The position numbers and the translations under genes were made by a program. A DNA stretch of 64,000 bases from Laetmonice hystrix (Eukaryota), in assembly GCA_965235115.1 (NCBI GenBank), contig OZ249436.1:11286001-11350000 (forward strand), read 5' to 3'. Below are positions 58,605-64,000 of the stretch, piece after piece (the first letter of the stretch is position 1; each line of letters starts with the position of its first letter). The notes beneath the pieces were generated by a model, which did no database searches, was not told the DNA's origin, and was given only the letters and a program-made list of their open reading frames with translations.

Positions 58605-59924
58605 GGCTGACTGATAGGCAGTCTGCATCACCTTCTGCACGGCACGAGTTATCGACTGAAGGGTTCGAGATGGCCGACCGGCTCAGTCTATTGACGATGT
58701 ACAGGTACTCTCCACCACTACAGTCCTCGTCATTAGTCATGATCCGTTTGTTAATTAATAATACATGGTGTCGCACGACGCATGCTGATATCATACTGGG
58801 ACAGGTCCGGATTGAGATAGGCGCCTTCCCGGATCTTCGACTTTACCCTACGATATTACGGACGGACCATTTTATAACATATAGGCCTAAGTAGCGGTGA
58901 CTACTTTTTCTCCCCTATTTCCGCAAGCTAGCCACTTTTTCATTTCTAAATTTAAACAAGAATTTTTTACATGTGTAAACATTATTTTTTGTGCCATTTG
59001 CTGAACAGACCTTAAAAGGGGATAGGTCCGGATGTCCAGTTGACGAACTCAGAAAGTGTTATGATATCGACCTGATATGTAAAAGTTGAGGTGAGATGGG
59101 GGTTGGGTGGGACGGTAACTCCCAAACGAACTTGACAACACAGCCCCTTCCCCCTCCCTGGCCCTGGCCTGCTGCGACGTAATGACGTTACTATACTTAC
59201 TACCTCACAGTTAATGCCGTTTCGTTTGATGTCAATCTCTGCTTTCCATTTAATATGCAATATAGTACCATTAGAACAATCAGACCTAGCTTGGACCGAC
59301 TTGACCATATTAGATAAACTCTAAAACTTTATTAGATAAACATACAGAAAGTTGTTTCTCAACAAGATTGACACAGCGCCACCTGTTGACAAGTGTCCTG
59401 AACGAAATCATGACGTCCACATTTCTGTTTTCGAAACGGCAGCAGGTTCAATGGTCAGAACGGGTGCTTATTGTAGAATTAATCCAAGCTGTCTTTTGTA
59501 TTTCGACTTAGGGACAACGAATTAATTATTCACATTATTATTTAGGAACATCTCTCTCCCGAATTCCGTATCGAAGGCCGAAGGGTTTTTAGTTAATCCC
59601 GAAGGCAACAATTAACCAGACACTTCTTCAGCTATAATTATTGGCATCATTAGTCCTTTAGGAAGCACTTTAAAAGTGGGGGGGGGGCCAACAGGGCCAT
59701 GCGCAGGATTTTTCGAGGGGGATTACAGTTTGGCGGGGGGACTGGGCGAGCGCCGAAGGCGCGAAGCCATGCTAGGGGAGTCCGGGGGCATGCCCCCAAA
59801 CAATTTTGAAATTTTTAGTGTAATTTGGTGGCATTTGGTGCATCTTAGAGCACAAAATAAGGTCTGAAATGTGAGAAAATACCCTCCTTCTCACACTGGT
59901 TTGTCAATTGTGTTTCAAAAAGAA

Positions 59925-61226
59925 TGATGTGAACCCCTGAGTGTGACACAAGTGTAGGGACATCGTGATGTGAACCCCTGAGTGTGACACAAGTGTAGGG
60001 ACCTCGTGATGTGAACCCCTGAGTGTGACATAAGTGTAGGGACCTCGTGATGTGAACCCCTGAGTGTGACAAGTGTAGGGACCTCGTGATGTGAACCCCT
60101 GAGTGTGACACAAGTGTAGGGACCTCGTGATGTGAACCCCTGAGTGTGACACAAGTGTAGGGACCTCGTGATGTGAACCCCTGAGTGTGACAAGTGTAGG
60201 GACCTCGTGATGTGAACCCCTGAGTGTGACACAAGTGTAGGGACCTCGTGATGTGAACCCCTGAGTGTGACACAAGTGTAGGGACCTCGTGATGTGAACC
60301 CCTGAGTGTGACACAAGTGTAGGGACCTCGTGATGTGAACCCCTGAGTGTGACACAAGTGTAGGGACCTCGTGATGTGAACCCCTGAGTGTGACACAAGT
60401 GTAGGGACCTCGTGATGTGAACCCCTGAGTGTGACACAAGTGTAGGGACCTCGTGATGTGAACCCCTGAGTGTGACAAGTGTAGGGACCTCGTGATGTGA
60501 ACCCCTGAGTGTGACACAAGTGTAGGGACCTCGTGATGTGAACCCCTGAGTGTGACACAAGTGTAGGGACCTCGTGATGTGAACCCCTGAGTGTGACACA
60601 AGTGTAGGGACCTCGTGATGTGAACCCCTGAGTGTGACACAAGTGTAGGGACCTCGTGATGTGAACCCCTGAGTGTGACACAAGTGTAGGGACCTAGTGA
60701 TGTGAACCCCTGAGTGTGACACAAGTGTAGGGACCTCGTGATGTGAACCCCTGAGTGTGACACAAGTGTAGGGACCTCGTGATGTGAACCCCTGAGTGTG
60801 ACAAGTGTAGGGACCTCGTGATGTGAACCCCTGAGTGTGACAAGTGTAGGGACCTCGTGATGTGAACCCCTGAGTGTGACACAAGTGTAGGGACCTAGTG
60901 ATGTGAACCCCTGAGTGTGACACAAGTGTAGGGACCTCGTGATGTGAACCCCTGAGTGTGACACAAGTGTAGGGACCTCGTGATGTGAACCCCTGAGTGT
61001 GACAAGTGTAGGGACCTCGTGATGTGAACCCCTGAGTGTGACACAAGTGTAGGGACCTCGTGATGTGAACCCCTGAGTGTGACACAAGTGTAGGGACCTC
61101 GTGATGTGAACCCCTGAGTGTGACACAAGTGTAGGGACCTCGTGATGTGAACCCCTGAGTGTGACACAAGTGTAGGGACCTCGTGATGTGAACCCCTGAG
61201 TGTGACAAAAGTGTAGGGACCTCGTG
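59925..61226. repeat. Minisatellite, 41-bp unit (39-bp variant), about 32 copies
   Basis: GTGATGTGAACCCCTGAGTGTGAC(AC)AAGTGTAGGGACCTC. Confidence 0.98.
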
Positions 61227-62189
61227 TAGAGAGTTTGTAGCAGGCTAATCATGCACACCTTCGGGCACGATGAGGACATTTGGCAGGAGGCAGCGGGCCA
61301 ACATCGTAGGGCAGACCTTGTTGTAACCTGCATTCCATACGTGGTCGCTATCGTCGTCCCTACACGAGGTTCTGTCAGATACCCAGACTCACCACCGGTC
61401 AGTGCAAAAACCTATCCTCGTCTATAATTGAAAATTCATCATCCCGCCCATTCTCGGTCATGTTTATTACGTGGCATTATGTTCTAATCTATCTACGTAT
61501 CGTATTGATATTATATTGTCCCATTATGTCCTCAATTCTATTGTCTGCAATATTATGTATCCGCGTGGAAGGCAGTACTAATAGTTGTAGCGCGTTCCCT
61601 CCTATCTGACCTAAAATCTACAATTCTTTTCTTTTTTTAATCAAAACTTTATCTACGTATTTCTTGATCCTGGCCGATGAACGCCTGCTTATAGGCCGAT
61701 GTAGGCATATGCCTTATAGGCATGCAGCCATATACAAATGCACGTTTAATTTCCCAACCGTATCCACAGACAATATGCATAAACTATTCCGAAATAATCT
61801 CCCTAATTAGTATGACGTGCTCTCATTGTTTCTCCGATCTAGGCCTGATGTGGCCGTGACGCCGTCTCAGGCCCGAGTTGAGTCGTGAGAGTGGCCGTGT
61901 GCCGCTGATTATTGGTTGTGACAGAACTCATTGTATTGACCATCATCGCGGGCACCCACCTTGTCACTTGCCATCGGATGGGTCGGCACTCCCTCTACTA
62001 ATCACCACACTCACATCAATCCATCCGCTGATCACCGCTAATGACTTCAATTCAATACAAAATAATGTACCTATACGTTCGACATCCAGTCAGAATATAT
62101 TGGCGATGATAGATTCCACTGATAAACTTCCGTGAGCAGAGCATACATCCTGAGAACCATACAATTCTGGGGATCATTGATTGGTCTGT

Positions 62190-64000
62190 TAACGAGTTGG
62201 TCGTGAACACGTAACAGGGATCCACACTGGGTCACCAGATCGACCGTAACGAGTTGGTCGTGAACACAGGGATCCACACTGGGTCACCAGATCGACCATA
62301 ACGAGTTGGTCGTGAACACAGGGATCCACATTGGGTCACCAGATCGACCATAACGAGTTGGTCGTGAACACAGGGATCCACACTGGGTCACCAGATCGAC
62401 CATAACGAGTTGGTCGTGAACACAGGGATCCACACTGGGTCACCAGATCGACCATAACGAGTTGGCCGTGAACACAGGGATCCACACTGGGTCACCAGAT
62501 CGACCATAACGAGTTGGTCGTGAACACAGGGATCCACACTGGGTCACCAGATCGACCGTAACGAGTTGGTCGTGAACACAGGGATCCACACTGGGTCACC
62601 AGATCGACCATAACGAGTTGGTCGTGAACACGTAACAGGGATCCACACTGGGTCACCAGATCGACCGTAACGAGTTGGTCGTGAACACAGGGATCCACAC
62701 TGGGTCACCAGATCGACCATAACGAGTTGGTCGTGAACACAGGGATCCACACTGGGTCACCAGATCGACCGTAACGTGTTGGTCGTGAACACAGGGATCC
62801 ACACTGGGTCACCAGATCGACCGTAACGAGTTGGTCGTGAACACAGGGATCCACACTGGGTCACCAGATCGACCATAACGAGTTGGTCGTGAACACGTAC
62901 CAGGGATCCACACTGGGTCACCAGATCGACCGTAACGTGTTGGTCGTGAACACAGGGATCCACACTGGGTCACCAGATCGACCGTAACGAGTTGGTCGTG
63001 AACACAGGGATCCACACTGGGTCACCAGATCGACCATAACGAGTTGGTCGTGAACACAGGGATCCACACTGGGTCACCAGATCGACCGTAACGAGTTGGT
63101 CGTGAACACAGGGATCCACACTGGGTCACCAGATCGACCATAACGAGTTGGTCGTGAACACAGGGATCCACACTGGGTCACCAGATCGACCGTAACGAGT
63201 TGGTCGTGAACACAGGGATCCACACTGGGTCACCAGATCGACCATAACGAGTTGGTCGTGAACACGTAACAGGGATCCACACTGGGTCACCAGATCGACC
63301 GTAACGAGTTGGTCGTGAACACAGGGATCCACACTGGGTCACCAGATCGACCATAACGAGTTGGTCGTGAACACGTACCAGGGATCCACACTGGGTCACC
63401 AGATCGACCGTAACGAGTTGGTCGTGAACACGTAACAAGGATCCACACTGGGTCACCAGATCGACCATAACGAGTTGGTCGTGAACACGTAACAGGGATC
63501 CACACTGGGTCACCAGATCGACCATAACGAGTTGGTCGTGAACACAGGGATCCACACTGGGTCACCAGATCGACCATAACGAGTTGGTCGTGAACACAGG
63601 GATCCACACTGGGTCACCAGATCGACCGTAACGAGTTGGTCGTGAACACAGGGATCCACACTGGGTCACCAGATCGACCATAACGAGTTGGTCGTGAACA
63701 CAGGGATCCACACTGGGTCACCAGATCGACCATAACGAGTTGGTCGTGAACACAGGGATCGACACTGGGTCACCAGATCGACCGTAACGAGTTGGTCGTG
63801 AACACGTAACAGGGATCCACACTGGGTCACTAGATCGAACATAACGAGTTGGTCGTGAACACGTAACAGGGATCCACACTGGGTCACCAGATCGACCGTA
63901 ACGAGTTGGTCGTGAACACAGGGATCCACACTGGGTCACCAGATCAACCATAACGAGTTGGTCGTGAACACAGGGATCCACACTGGGTCACCAGATCGAC
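62190..64000. repeat. Minisatellite, 52-bp unit (57-bp variant), about 34 copies, truncated by window end
   Basis: TAACGAGTTGGTCGTGAACAC(GTAAC)AGGGATCCACACTGGGTCACCAGATCGACC(A/G). Confidence 0.98.

Noticed and set aside
59845..61333. Minus-strand ORFs of 278-472 aa
   Set aside because: Translation of the 41-bp repeat in three frames
61391..61445. Candidate Ret exon 1 with GTG|GTGAGT donor
   Set aside because: The nearby ATG frame stops before the donor; no hydrophobic segment

Overview
Eukaryotic (metazoan, probably marine invertebrate) genomic DNA, rich in repeats. Two protein-coding genes are supported, both on the minus strand. (1) A Ret receptor tyrosine kinase orthologue, which I reconstructed by hand as 20 GT-AG exons with consistent phases between 49817 and 30634 (about 1,132 codons). 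It encodes cadherin-like domains, a Cys-rich domain, a TM helix, the kinase and a C-tail; the signal-peptide exon was not found. (2) An ankyrin-repeat/SOCS-box (ASB-type) gene with an intronless CDS at 22546-23976, whose 5' end lies in a near-perfect 1,078-bp tandem duplication. The rest is roughly 11 kb of mutually unrelated minisatellites, two copies of a 2.2-kb TGT..ACA TIR element, several MITEs and decayed transposase fragments. The most striking pattern is that seven tandem repeats inside Ret are anchored exactly on exon-intron junctions. Five of them copy the splice site itself (up to about 30 tandem donors), and in those five only the exon-proximal copy keeps the reading frame. Also notable: a RET9/RET51-like alternative C-terminus, an in-frame 27-bp triplication in the kinase insert, and a strong excess of TAGGCCTA, with direct evidence that it arises as a 6-bp indel at a TA site.
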